This document shows, one piece after another, positions 13,198 through 22,592 of a stretch of DNA of 64,000 nt (the first letter of the stretch is position 1; the number at the start of each line of letters is the position of its first letter). Both the position numbers and the translations under genes were made by a program. The stretch is from NCBI GenBank assembly GCA_965228895.1, contig OZ245842.1, positions 2,839,964-2,903,963 on the forward strand, written 5' to 3'. The notes under the pieces were generated by a model. It was not told the DNA's origin and did no database searches. It worked only from the letters and a program-made list of their open reading frames with translations. The DNA is from Alphaproteobacteria bacterium. GTDB lineage: Bacteria; Pseudomonadota; Alphaproteobacteria; SP197.

Positions 13198-14367
13198 ATG
13201 AAAAATCTTGATGTTAACCGCATCTGTGACGGTATCCGCGAAGGCAAGATGTCGCGTCGCGAAATCCACACAGTGCTTGGTGCCGTTGGTTTCGGCCTGG
13301 CTGTCGTGCCGCTGACCAAAGGTGCACAAGCCCAAGAGATTGCCGCCGCAAGTTGTGGTGATGGTCATCCGATGACATTTACTTGGTCGGGCTACGACGA
13401 AGTTAACTTCCACAAACAGTACATCGCCGAGTACGGCTGCGCTTCGAACTTCACCTTCTGGGGTGACGAAGAAGAGGCCTTCGCCAAGATGCGGGCGGGC
13501 TTTGAGCCCGACGTCATGGCGCCGTGCACCTACGAGCTGAACCGCTGGTTCAATGCCGGCCTTTTGGCACCGATCGACACGTCGATGCTGTCGAACTGGG
13601 ATCAGATCATCCCGGCACTGAAGGAAGTGGATGGTTCGATTCAGGGCGGCAACCGCGTGTTCGTGCCAATGGATTGGGGCCAAACCTCCGTCACGTTCCG
13701 CACCGATCTGGCGCCGGAGTATGTCGACGTCGAGAACCACACCTGGGGCATCCTGTGGGATCCCAAGTATGCCGGTCGCCTGTCGATGATCGACAGCTTG
13801 ATCGACGGTGTCGCCGTTGCATCGATCTATGCCGGCCTTGAGGACCCTTACGACCTTTCCGACCCCGCCGATATGGAAACGACGGCCAATTTGCTGCGCG
13901 AACAGCTTCCGTTGCTGCGTTACTATTCCAACACCATGTCGGACGTCGAGCAGTCGCTGGCCTCCGGTGAGCTGGTTGCCGCGGCAACGTGGAACAGCTC
14001 GATCGTCGCGCTGCGCGGCCAGGGCCTACCGGTCATGTTCATGCAGCCAAAGGAAGGCGCGATGACATGGGTGTGCGGTCTGGTCCGTCATCCCTCCAAC
14101 GACGGCAGGGGCGAAGAGCAGATCGAGAAGGCGCATCAGATCCTCGACTCCTATCTCAGTGCCGAAGCCGGTGCGTGGGAGATCATCAACTACGGTTACG
14201 GTCACGCCAACCTCGGCGCCTACGAAATGGTGAGCGAAGAAGAGCTCGCCGAGCGTGGTCTGTCGAAGAACCCGGACGACCTGCTGGAAACCGGTATCTT
14301 CCAGGTGGAGATGACACCGCAGCAAGATATCCAAACCATGTTCGAGGAAGTCAAAGCCGGCATGTAA
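13198..14367 (+). CDS. Periplasmic solute-binding protein (PotD/PotF-like); orphan paralog 2
   Basis: Carries an 'SRREIHTVLGAVGFGLAVVPL' signal sequence. It shares 'FTWSGYDE' and 'DSLIDGVAVASIYAG' with paralog 1 and is roughly 55-60% identical to it by eye. Confidence 0.7.
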   Translation: MKNLDVNRICDGIREGKMSRREIHTVLGAVGFGLAVVPLTKGAQAQEIAAASCGDGHPMTFTWSGYDEVNFHKQYIAEYGCASNFTFWGDEEEAFAKMRAGFEPDVMAPCTYELNRWFNAGLLAPIDTSMLSNWDQIIPALKEVDGSIQGGNRVFVPMDWGQTSVTFRTDLAPEYVDVENHTWGILWDPKYAGRLSMIDSLIDGVAVASIYAGLEDPYDLSDPADMETTANLLREQLPLLRYYSNTMSDVEQSLASGELVAAATWNSSIVALRGQGLPVMFMQPKEGAMTWVCGLVRHPSNDGRGEEQIEKAHQILDSYLSAEAGAWEIINYGYGHANLGAYEMVSEEELAERGLSKNPDDLLETGIFQVEMTPQQDIQTMFEEVKAGM

Positions 14368-14396
14368 GCCGACCTAACTTCTTGATGGTGATCAAG

Positions 14397-14429
14397 GGCC
14401 GGGGTGGCGACGCCCCGGCCCTTTTCTTT
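14397..14429 (+). terminator. Rho-independent terminator after SBP paralog 2
   Basis: GGGCCGGGG-tggcgacg-CCCCGGCCC followed by TTTTCTTT. Confidence 0.55.
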
Positions 14430-14517
14430 GCACCACATCGTCACAACAACGCTTGCCCTGCATGCTATAAGGCCGCGCATCAACCTTGCCTTCGTGCCGT
14501 GGTGAAAGGGGACCGCG

Positions 14518-15726
14518 ATGGCCGATGCCGAAACCCTGCACGTCGACGACTTCGTCGCGTTGACCATCGGGATCGTCGTCTACTTTGTCGGCGTACTGCT
14601 GACTCGCCGCTTTGAGTTGCTGCGCAGCTTCAACATTCCCGAACCGGTAACCGGCGGCCTGATCGCTGCGGGCGCGACCTATGCGGTGTTCGTCATCTTT
14701 GATTTGTCCATCACGTTCGACCTTTCGACGCGGGATGAACTGCTGGTCTACTTCTTTACCGCCATCGGCTTGAACGCGCGGTTTTCCGACCTGTTGCGCG
14801 GCGGGCGAGCGCTCGCCATCCTTCTGGTTCTGACGCTGGGCTACATCGTCATCCAGAATCTTGTCGGCCTGGCCGGCGTATCGATCTTCGACCTGCCTGA
14901 ACCGGTCGCCGTGCTGGCGGGTTCGGCGTCCCTGATTGGCGGACACGGCACGGCGATTGCCTGGGCGCCGGATATTGCCGAGCGTTTCGGCATCGAGAAT
15001 GCCATGGAGATCGGCATCGCCTGCGCCACGTTCGGGTTGATCCTGGCCAGCCTGATCGGCGGACCTCTCGCCAAAATCCTGATCGACCGCAACAACCTGA
15101 AGGCAGACCCTGACGCCGCCAACATTGTCGGCATCGCCTATGACACCGATGGCGGGCGCACGGTCAACCACATCAGCATCATGGCGGCGCTGCTGGCGCT
15201 GAACGTCGCCATCATCATCGGCTACCTGATCAACGTCGAACTGGAAGAGCGCGGTTTTAAACTGCCGCTTTTCGTGACCTGTCTGTTGGTCGCGATTTTG
15301 ATGTCGAACGCCGTGACGTATCTGCTGCCCCGGGTTCCCTGGCCGGCGCGGACCCGCGCGCTGGCCCTGATCTCGGACTATGCCCTCAACATCTTTCTGG
15401 CGATGTCGCTGATGAGCATGCAGCTATGGACGCTTGCCGGTTTGGCCGGCCCGTTGTTCGGCATCCTGATCCTGCAAACGATCGCGGTCATGCTCTTCGT
15501 GCTGTTCCTGTTGTTCCGATTCATGGGCAGTAACTATGAAGCAGCCGTGTTGGGCGCGGGCTTCGGCGGCTTTGCGCTGGGCGCGACGCCGACCGCGGTG
15601 GCCAACATGACGGCAGTGACCAAGGAACACGGTCCCGCCCCTAACGCCTTCATCATCCTGCCGCTGGTCGCAGCCTTCTTCGTCGACCTGGCCAACGCCA
15701 TCGTTATTCGGACATTTGTCGGCTAG
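14518..15726 (+). CDS. gltS: Sodium/glutamate symporter
   Basis: A 402-aa polytopic membrane protein with the GltS-family N-terminus 'LTIGIVVYFVGVLLTRR...FNIPEPVTGGLIAA'. Confidence 0.75.
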   Translation: MADAETLHVDDFVALTIGIVVYFVGVLLTRRFELLRSFNIPEPVTGGLIAAGATYAVFVIFDLSITFDLSTRDELLVYFFTAIGLNARFSDLLRGGRALAILLVLTLGYIVIQNLVGLAGVSIFDLPEPVAVLAGSASLIGGHGTAIAWAPDIAERFGIENAMEIGIACATFGLILASLIGGPLAKILIDRNNLKADPDAANIVGIAYDTDGGRTVNHISIMAALLALNVAIIIGYLINVELEERGFKLPLFVTCLLVAILMSNAVTYLLPRVPWPARTRALALISDYALNIFLAMSLMSMQLWTLAGLAGPLFGILILQTIAVMLFVLFLLFRFMGSNYEAAVLGAGFGGFALGATPTAVANMTAVTKEHGPAPNAFIILPLVAAFFVDLANAIVIRTFVG

Positions 15727-16847
15727 GCGAATTCGCTCGCCTGATAGCTGGCCTTGTCCAGCCAGTCGGGGTTGATCGTCACACCCCACCCGGGACCGTC
15801 CGGGATCCGCACCTTGCCGTCCTCGGGCATCAGGGCCGGTTGGTAGAGATCGGTTTGCCAGGGATAGTAGTCGTCATCCGGCTCGATGGAGAACTCGACA
15901 TAAGGCCCGGCGTTGGCGATGGCACCCATCATATGCAGCGAGAAAACCGTGATCATGGAGAGGTTGGCGGAATGGGGCGTGCAGGGCAGCCCGGCTACCT
16001 CCGCCATACGCGCCACCTGTAGCGCGCGGGTCAGGCCGCCGATGTAGCAGATATCGGGTTGGACCACGTCGACCGCGCCGCTGCCGATGATGGTGCGCCA
16101 GACCGGCAGGTAGATGTCCTGTTCGCCGCCGGTGACATCGAGGTCGAGCGCCTGTTTCACCTCCCGCGTCCAGTCGATCTCCCAATACGGACACGGCTCC
16201 TCGAAGTGGACGACGCCGTTGTCCTGCAACATGTGACCGACCTCGATCGCCTTTCTGGGCGAATAGCAGCTGTTGCCATCGACCAGCAGGCGCATGTCAT
16301 CGCCCAGCGCCTTGCGCACCGCCGGCACTACCGCCTCGGTGCGGCCCGGCCATTCGTCGAGGTCATGGCCGCACTCGCGACCGACGCGGAACTTCACCGC
16401 CGTGTAGCCATGGGTTTCGCACAAGCGTTTGAGTCGATCCGCTTCATCATCAGGCGTGATGTCGCGCCGCATGCTGGAACCGTAAACGCGAAACGGCCTT
16501 GGCGTGCCACCCAGCAATTCGCATACGCTCTTGCCCTGGCGCTTGCCGCGCAAGTCCCACAGCGCCGTGTCCAAGCCGCCTAACGCACGGCAGATGTAGG
16601 CGCCCGGAAACTTGTGCTCACGTTCGAGAACCAGTTCGCTCAGACCATCCAGATCCTCGGCATCATGACCCAGCGCATGCGGCGCGACCTGCCGATGCAT
16701 GACAAGGGACGCAATGTCCGAGTGATAGGTGGAGATCTGGCCCCAGCCTTCAGCGCCGTCATCGGCGGTGACGCGCACGAATGCGACGAACTCGTTCGAG
16801 AACGTCTCGACCTTGGCGATGGTTGGTGCGTCAGAAGATGATGACAT
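15723..16847 (-). CDS. Enolase-superfamily enzyme (mandelate racemase / muconate lactonizing family)
   Basis: The start is trimmed to 'MSSSSDAPTIAKVETF'. It contains 'AVKFRVGRE' and metal-ligand regions 'LLVDGN' and 'FEEPCPYWEIDW', and 'VQPDICYIGG'. Confidence 0.7.
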   Translation of the reverse strand: MSSSSDAPTIAKVETFSNEFVAFVRVTADDGAEGWGQISTYHSDIASLVMHRQVAPHALGHDAEDLDGLSELVLEREHKFPGAYICRALGGLDTALWDLRGKRQGKSVCELLGGTPRPFRVYGSSMRRDITPDDEADRLKRLCETHGYTAVKFRVGRECGHDLDEWPGRTEAVVPAVRKALGDDMRLLVDGNSCYSPRKAIEVGHMLQDNGVVHFEEPCPYWEIDWTREVKQALDLDVTGGEQDIYLPVWRTIIGSGAVDVVQPDICYIGGLTRALQVARMAEVAGLPCTPHSANLSMITVFSLHMMGAIANAGPYVEFSIEPDDDYYPWQTDLYQPALMPEDGKVRIPDGPGWGVTINPDWLDKASYQASEFA

Positions 16848-17910
16848 TGCGCAACGCCTCACCGCGCCTGACTGAGGCAATGGCCTCATTGATCTGGTCG
16901 AGGGGATAGCGCCCCGAAATCAACTCATCGAGCTTGAGCTGGCCATCTTGGTAGAGCGCCACGAGCTTGGGAATGTCGACGGCCAGACGGGTCGAGCCCA
17001 TCTTGCTGCCCAGGATGGTCTGGGCGTTGTTGGCGACATCGCCGATTTCGATTTCCGCCATCTCGCCATTGGCCGGCATGCCGACCATCACCATGGTACC
17101 GCCCTTGCGCATCAGACCGACAGCCTGCTCGGCCGCCTTGGTCGAACCGACGGTGACAAAGACGTAGTCGGCGCCGCGGCCGTCCGTCAGTTGCTTGACG
17201 TCAGCGACGACGTCGTTGCTTTTGGGATTGATGCCATGTGTCGCGCCGAACGTCTTCGCAGCCTCGATCTTGGCATCATCGAGATCCATGGCGATCACGG
17301 GATAGGCGCCGGAAATAGCAGCGCCCTGCACACTGTTCAGGCCGACGCCGCCGGTCCCGATGACCACGACACTGGCACCCTGCGGAACCTTGGCCGTGTT
17401 GACGACGGCGCCGAGCCCGGTGATAACGCCGCACGACAAAAGCGAGGCGCTATCAAGCGGGACGTCGTCGGGGATCGCAGCGACCTGCGATCGGTCGACA
17501 ACGACTTCTTCGGCGAAAGCGCCGGTGCGCAGCCCCTGCACCAACGGCTTGCTGTCGCTGTCCTGCAAAGGGCCGTGGCGGTCGAGGGGAAACTCGGCAT
17601 CGCAGATATGCCGGTCGCCTTGTGCACAATGGTAGCAATGCCCGCATGAGCGGATCAACGTGACGAGCACACGGTCACCAGGCTTAATGTCGTCGACACC
17701 AGGCCCGACTTTCTCGACAAGCCCTGACGCCTCATGGCCATAGACAGCAGGCAGCGTCCCGCCCCAGCCGCCATCCATATAGATGATGTCGCTGTGGCAG
17801 ATCGCGCAGGCGGCGAGCTTGACATGCACCTCGCCTGGACCAGGCGGTTCAAGCGTCACCTCCTCGATGACAAGGGGTGCACCAAACTCACGACAGACTG
17901 CGGCCTTCAT
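16831..17910 (-). CDS. Zinc-dependent alcohol dehydrogenase (class III / formaldehyde dehydrogenase-like)
   Basis: Begins 'MKAAVCREFGAPLVIEEV'. It has the catalytic zinc ligands 'CAICHSD' and the structural zinc site 'GHCYHCAQG...C'. The NAD-binding fold reads 'VVVIGTGGVG'. Confidence 0.8.
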   Translation of the reverse strand: MKAAVCREFGAPLVIEEVTLEPPGPGEVHVKLAACAICHSDIIYMDGGWGGTLPAVYGHEASGLVEKVGPGVDDIKPGDRVLVTLIRSCGHCYHCAQGDRHICDAEFPLDRHGPLQDSDSKPLVQGLRTGAFAEEVVVDRSQVAAIPDDVPLDSASLLSCGVITGLGAVVNTAKVPQGASVVVIGTGGVGLNSVQGAAISGAYPVIAMDLDDAKIEAAKTFGATHGINPKSNDVVADVKQLTDGRGADYVFVTVGSTKAAEQAVGLMRKGGTMVMVGMPANGEMAEIEIGDVANNAQTILGSKMGSTRLAVDIPKLVALYQDGQLKLDELISGRYPLDQINEAIASVRRGEALRNVIIF

Positions 17911-18001
17911 GGCAAAACTCCGGGCAGAAAACGGCGGCACAATCTAGCGGTTTCGCCGTTCAGCGCATCAGCAAAGTGCAGGCCCGACAGCAAAAAAACG
18001 A

Positions 18002-19867
18002 TCACGTCTCCAGGCGGTAGACCTCAATCGACGCCGACCGGCCCTTCACCTCGTGGTGGCCGACCGCATGGACCACCGTCGAACCGTCGAGGGCCCGCCA
18101 TGTGGTATCGCTGATCAGCACGATGACATCACCGCTGGCCTGATCATCGAATGACTTGCCGAGCTGCTCCAGCCGCTGGCAGGTGTTCACGGTGTCGCCG
18201 ACGATGGTGTAGTTGACCCGGTCGGGCGCACCAATGTTGCCGACGATCACCGGGCCTGTGTGCAATCCGATGCGCACGCGCACGGCCTCTTCGCCACGTG
18301 CCCGCCGCTCGGCGTTGAGCGTCGCCATAGCCTCGGCAATGGCCTTGGCCGCACGGCAAGCGCGCATGGCGTGGTCGGGTTGATGTTCTGGCGCGCCCCA
18401 GAAGGCCATGACGGCATCGCCAATGTACTTGTCGACCGTGCCGCCCTCGGCCTCGACGCAGCTCGTGATAAGGGCGAAGTGTTCGTTCAGAAAGCGCGCC
18501 GTCTCAGCAGCCGGCAGGCGTTCGGCAAACGGCGTGAAACCGATGATATCGGTGAACATCACGGTGACCTCGCGCTCTTCGGACACGAAGTCGCGGTCCT
18601 CGATCATCAGGCGATGCACCAGCTTGCGCGGCACATAGTTCTCGAACCAGCGCAAGCCCGTCAGCATCAGATTGAAGGCGCCGTTGGCTTCGTCCAACTC
18701 GCGCATACGGCTTCGCGCGAGCGGGTCAACCTTGTCGAACTCGAGCGCGCCGATGCGCTGCGCCGAAATTGCGAGGTTGTGCACGGGTCCCGCGATGCGA
18801 TGGCCGATGAAGAACGCCGCCGCGACGCCCAACGCCAGCACAATCAGGCCCGCGATGATTGCCATGTTCAACCGCTCGAACTCGTCTTCGAAATCACTGC
18901 CGCGGTAGTAGCTGCCTAACAACCACGATACGTTCCCGAACGTGTCGATACGGTGATAGACGTAAAACCACTCCTCGCCGTCTATCTCAGTCATATGCGA
19001 TAAGACGCCGGAGCCCGAGATGTCCTCCGCCGGAAAAGTAGGCTCTTCCCATATTGCCGCAAGGATAGGGTCATCGACTTCGTCGATCAGCGGCACCGGT
19101 TTTTCCGGTGACAGGCCGCGTTCAATCGCGCCGACATCATCGGCCAGCGATGGATGGGCGAGGATCATGTCTTCACCCTGAAGAATGAAGACGCGGCTTC
19201 CGAAATCCTCTTCCAGTTCCGCAGCAAGACGGGAGAGCTTCTGGATTGAAACGCCGGCGCCTAAAACGCCGATGACGTCGCCATTGACGGACACAGGCCG
19301 ACGGATGGTCTGAACCGCGATCTCCAGGCCCGGCGACCAGACGACATCCCCCCAGCCGCCGCCCCGCATGTTGTCCATATCGTCGGTCAATGCATCGATG
19401 TCAGGTCCGCCAGCGTAGTCGTCGCTGATCCAATAGGCACCGCCGCCAACACGGCCGACGCCGCGAAGGCGTCCGTTCGTGTCGACGAAGATGATACCGT
19501 CAACCTGCGGCGTCGCCGCCAGCGCACCGGTCAGGACATCCTCCATCTGTTGATCATCATTGGGATCAAGCCGGCCGGCCGTGATCAGGTCATTGATAAA
19601 GTCGAGCTGGTCCTCCGCCGGTACCAGATGTTCTTCCAGCCGTGCCTCGACCGTGTCGATCGCGAAGACAGCTTGGTCCTGCAGCAGATCAATGGTCGAT
19701 TGGATGCCGCTCCAGATACTGATGACCAACACGCTCGCGGCCGCCAACAACACCAGCGCGCCCAGGCTCAGGCCCAGCAACATCGCAATGGGAATGCGCC
19801 AGGGCTTGCGCGCGTGCTGTGCCGCTGGCCCAGCATCAAGCCGTTCTGAAGATGTCCTTACCGCCAT
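18002..19867 (-). CDS. Class III adenylate/guanylate cyclase with N-terminal TM-anchored periplasmic sensor (Cache-like) and HAMP
   Basis: Two transmembrane helices flank a ~280-aa extracytoplasmic domain. The C-terminus has the cyclase core 'VTVMFTDIIGFT...KYIGDAVMAFWGAP...RIGLHTGPVIVGNIG'. Confidence 0.8.
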   Translation of the reverse strand: MAVRTSSERLDAGPAAQHARKPWRIPIAMLLGLSLGALVLLAAASVLVISIWSGIQSTIDLLQDQAVFAIDTVEARLEEHLVPAEDQLDFINDLITAGRLDPNDDQQMEDVLTGALAATPQVDGIIFVDTNGRLRGVGRVGGGAYWISDDYAGGPDIDALTDDMDNMRGGGWGDVVWSPGLEIAVQTIRRPVSVNGDVIGVLGAGVSIQKLSRLAAELEEDFGSRVFILQGEDMILAHPSLADDVGAIERGLSPEKPVPLIDEVDDPILAAIWEEPTFPAEDISGSGVLSHMTEIDGEEWFYVYHRIDTFGNVSWLLGSYYRGSDFEDEFERLNMAIIAGLIVLALGVAAAFFIGHRIAGPVHNLAISAQRIGALEFDKVDPLARSRMRELDEANGAFNLMLTGLRWFENYVPRKLVHRLMIEDRDFVSEEREVTVMFTDIIGFTPFAERLPAAETARFLNEHFALITSCVEAEGGTVDKYIGDAVMAFWGAPEHQPDHAMRACRAAKAIAEAMATLNAERRARGEEAVRVRIGLHTGPVIVGNIGAPDRVNYTIVGDTVNTCQRLEQLGKSFDDQASGDVIVLISDTTWRALDGSTVVHAVGHHEVKGRSASIEVYRLET

Positions 19868-19958
19868 GGGTCCTTCGTTTGCGCTGCTCTGGCGTGAACG
19901 TCAAGTCTGGGACGGCGTGAACGGCCGACCCACCGCGCCTACGCGGCCGATCACCCAA

Positions 19959-20549
19959 TCAACGTTCTTCGACCCCTTTGATCGCGATATCGATGAGTTC
20001 AAGCCTCCGTGCTGGCGGGAATCGGCGCGGCCGAGCGATGACGCACGAATAGATTCCGTCGGCCGCCGCGATCAGGCTGTCCGTGGCGTCCCGCAAACTC
20101 AGGCTCAGCGCCAATGAGCCGTCCGCCACCGCGCTTTCGATCCGGGATTGCACGATCTGGTCAAAGTGCTTGTACATGCGCCGAGAACGCTCGCCCATGG
20201 CGCCACTTTTCGGTGCAGCAGCCAGCCGGAGGAAGAAGACGCTGCCCGACACCGCGTCGGCGAAAAGACACAGGCGCTGAAGCGTGCGGCGAAGGGCGTC
20301 GCGTCCGTCGACAGCGCCCTTGGCGACCGCCGACAGATCGTCGAACAACCGGCGATCTTGAAGATCGAGCGCATGAGCGATCAATGCCTCTCGGTCGCCG
20401 AAGTAATGGGTCAGCAGTCCGGTCGTCGAACCCAGCTCCGCCGCGATCTTACGCATCGTGACCTGCTCCAGCCCATCACGCGCCATAACCGTCAGAACGG
20501 CCTCGGCAATCTGCGCCCTCTGGGCTCCGTGATCGACGTGTCTGGGCAT
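19959..20549 (-). CDS. TetR-family transcriptional regulator
   Basis: The helix-turn-helix is 'VTMRKIAAELGSTTGLLTHYFGDREAL'. The start is trimmed to 'MPRHVD'. Confidence 0.8.
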   Translation of the reverse strand: MPRHVDHGAQRAQIAEAVLTVMARDGLEQVTMRKIAAELGSTTGLLTHYFGDREALIAHALDLQDRRLFDDLSAVAKGAVDGRDALRRTLQRLCLFADAVSGSVFFLRLAAAPKSGAMGERSRRMYKHFDQIVQSRIESAVADGSLALSLSLRDATDSLIAAADGIYSCVIARPRRFPPARRLELIDIAIKGVEER

Positions 20550-20558
20550 GTTATTTCG

Positions 20559-20594
20559 TAACAAAACAATTGTTGCGCAACAACTGTTTTGTTA
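20559..20594. promoter_or_regulatory. 36-bp near-perfect palindrome (probable TetR operator) in the divergent promoter
   Basis: TAACAAAACAATTGTTG-CG-CAACAACTGTTTTGTTA has 17-bp arms with one mismatch. It lies 10 bp upstream of the TetR start and 77 bp upstream of the ureohydrolase start. Confidence 0.55.
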
Positions 20595-20670
20595 TGAGTC
20601 ACTGCCATCATGGCCAGAGCACCGGCGGCATCATTCACGCCGACGCGCGTCATCGAAGAGGAACCGAAGC

Positions 20671-21672
20671 ATGACCGAGTTCGATATCGAGAAAGCCAAG
20701 AAAGAGATGGAGGCCTGGTATTGGTGGGGCATTCAGACGTTCTTCAAGTGCCCGTGGAACGAGGACCCCAACGACTGCGATATCGCGCTGATCGGCGTGC
20801 CCCACAGTTCCGGCAACGGTTCAACCGAGCGCGACCAACATCTGGGCCCACGCGCCGTGCGTAACGTCTCCGGCTGGCACCGGCGCGGCCATCAGGCGTT
20901 CGGCATGGTGCCGTGGGACGTCTGCCGCATCCACGACCTCGGTGACGTGCCGCTGCCCCAGGCCATGGTCAACGACATCAGCGTCGAGCATATCGAAGCC
21001 TATTACAAAACGGTCGACGAAGCCGGCGCGCGCCCGGTCTCAATCGGTGGCGACCATGCGATCACCGGACCTATTTTGAAGGCGATCGCCGGCGCCAACG
21101 CCAAGACCACGGGGGGCGAGAAAGCCGCCCTGCTCCACTTCGACGCGCACCGCGACGACTACATGCACATCCCCCACTGGCTCGGCAACATACGTTCGGC
21201 GGCCCACTGGGCGGCCTATACGGTGGTCGAGGAACATGTCGACCCGTCGAAAAGCATTCAGGTCGGCATGCGGGGCAACCCGATCAAGCCGCGACCGGAC
21301 ATCTACGAGAGCAAGCTGGGCTATCAACTGTTGCCGGCTGAGGATTTTCACAAGATCGGCGTCGAGGAAACCATCAAGATCATTCGCGAACGGGTCGGCG
21401 ACGCGCCGCTTTACATCACCTTCGATCTCGACGTGCTGGATGCCACCGAAGCGCCGGGCGTCGCGAACCTGGAGCCGGTCCATCGCGGCATGCGCGGTTG
21501 GCAGATCGTCGAGATCTTCCATGGCCTGCGCGGCATGAACATCATCGGCGCCGACATCGTCTGCCTGATCCCGTCAAAGGACACCGCCGCCAAGATCACC
21601 TCGATGACGGCGATGGTCCTGATGTTCGAGATGGTCGCCCTGATCGCCGACAGCATCCAGACGACACGGTAG
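20671..21672 (+). CDS. Ureohydrolase (arginase/agmatinase/guanidino-acid hydrolase family)
   Basis: The start is trimmed to 'MTEFDIEK', with an AAGAGGAA ribosome-binding site. The Mn-binding motifs are 'SIGGDHAIT', 'HFDAHRD' and 'ITFDLDVLD'. Confidence 0.8.
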   Translation: MTEFDIEKAKKEMEAWYWWGIQTFFKCPWNEDPNDCDIALIGVPHSSGNGSTERDQHLGPRAVRNVSGWHRRGHQAFGMVPWDVCRIHDLGDVPLPQAMVNDISVEHIEAYYKTVDEAGARPVSIGGDHAITGPILKAIAGANAKTTGGEKAALLHFDAHRDDYMHIPHWLGNIRSAAHWAAYTVVEEHVDPSKSIQVGMRGNPIKPRPDIYESKLGYQLLPAEDFHKIGVEETIKIIRERVGDAPLYITFDLDVLDATEAPGVANLEPVHRGMRGWQIVEIFHGLRGMNIIGADIVCLIPSKDTAAKITSMTAMVLMFEMVALIADSIQTTR

Positions 21673-21694
21673 GCGAAGCAGTATAGCGACCAGG

Positions 21695-22588
21695 TCAGGC
21701 CGCCTTTTCCGCCAGCACCTTCGCCATGGTTGAGCCAAGCTCGGCCGGGCTTGGCGCCACGGCAATGCCGGCTTCCTTCAGGATCTCGACCTTTTCAGCG
21801 GCGCTTTCGCCGAATGCCGAGATGATCGCGCCAGCATGGCCCATCTTGCGGCCCTTCGGCGCGGTCAGGCCGGCGACATAAGCCACCACCGGCTTCGACA
21901 TGTTCTCCTTGGCGAACTGGGCGGCCTCGGCTTCCTGGGGACCGCCGATCTCGCCGATCATCATGACCGCGTGGGTTTCCGGATCCTGCTCGAACAGCTC
22001 CAGGATGTCGCGGAACGAGCTGCCGTTGATCGGATCGCCGCCGATGCCGACGCTGGTCGAAATACCGATGCCGAGATCCTGCATCTGCGACGCCGCTTCA
22101 TAACCCAGCGTGCCCGAGCGGCCGACAATACCGATATTGCCCTGGGCATAGATGTGGCCGGGCATGATGCCCATCATCGCCTTGCCCGGGCTAATGACGC
22201 CGGCGCAGTTGGGTCCGATCAGACGCATGCGCTTCTCGTAGCGGTAGCGACGCATATAGCGCTTCACATGCATCATGTCCTGGGCCGGGATGCCGTCGGT
22301 GATGGAGACGCAGAAGCTGATGCCGGCGTCCGCGGCCTCCATGATCGAGTCCGCGGCAAACGGCGGCGGCACCAGCACCAGACTGGCTTGCGCGCCGGTC
22401 TCACGCACCGCGTCCTTGACCGTGTTGAAGACCGGCTTGCCCAGATGGGTGGTGCCGCCTTTGCCCGGCGTCACCCCGCCGACCACGTTGGTGCCGTAGT
22501 CGATGGCTTCCTGGGCATGGAAGGTGCCGGTCTTGCCGGTGAAACCCTGCACGATGACCGGTGTCGTTTCGTTGAGAAGAATGCTCAT
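21695..22588 (-). CDS. mtkB: Malate--CoA ligase (malate thiokinase) alpha subunit; SucD paralog
   Basis: The core 'MSILLNE...GGVTPGKGGTTHLG' resembles SucD. The insertion 'QDMMHVKRYMRRYRYEKRMRLIGPNC' is absent from E. coli SucD but present in MtkB as I recall it. The gene is adjacent to sgaA. Confidence 0.65.
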   Translation of the reverse strand: MSILLNETTPVIVQGFTGKTGTFHAQEAIDYGTNVVGGVTPGKGGTTHLGKPVFNTVKDAVRETGAQASLVLVPPPFAADSIMEAADAGISFCVSITDGIPAQDMMHVKRYMRRYRYEKRMRLIGPNCAGVISPGKAMMGIMPGHIYAQGNIGIVGRSGTLGYEAASQMQDLGIGISTSVGIGGDPINGSSFRDILELFEQDPETHAVMMIGEIGGPQEAEAAQFAKENMSKPVVAYVAGLTAPKGRKMGHAGAIISAFGESAAEKVEILKEAGIAVAPSPAELGSTMAKVLAEKAA

Positions 22589-22592
22589 CGCC

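Noticed and set aside
20548-20670. N-terminal extension of the ureohydrolase ORF starting at 20548 (MLFRNKTIV...).
   Set aside because: The extension would run through the 36-bp operator palindrome. A strong ribosome-binding site precedes the internal Met at 20671, and the homology begins there.
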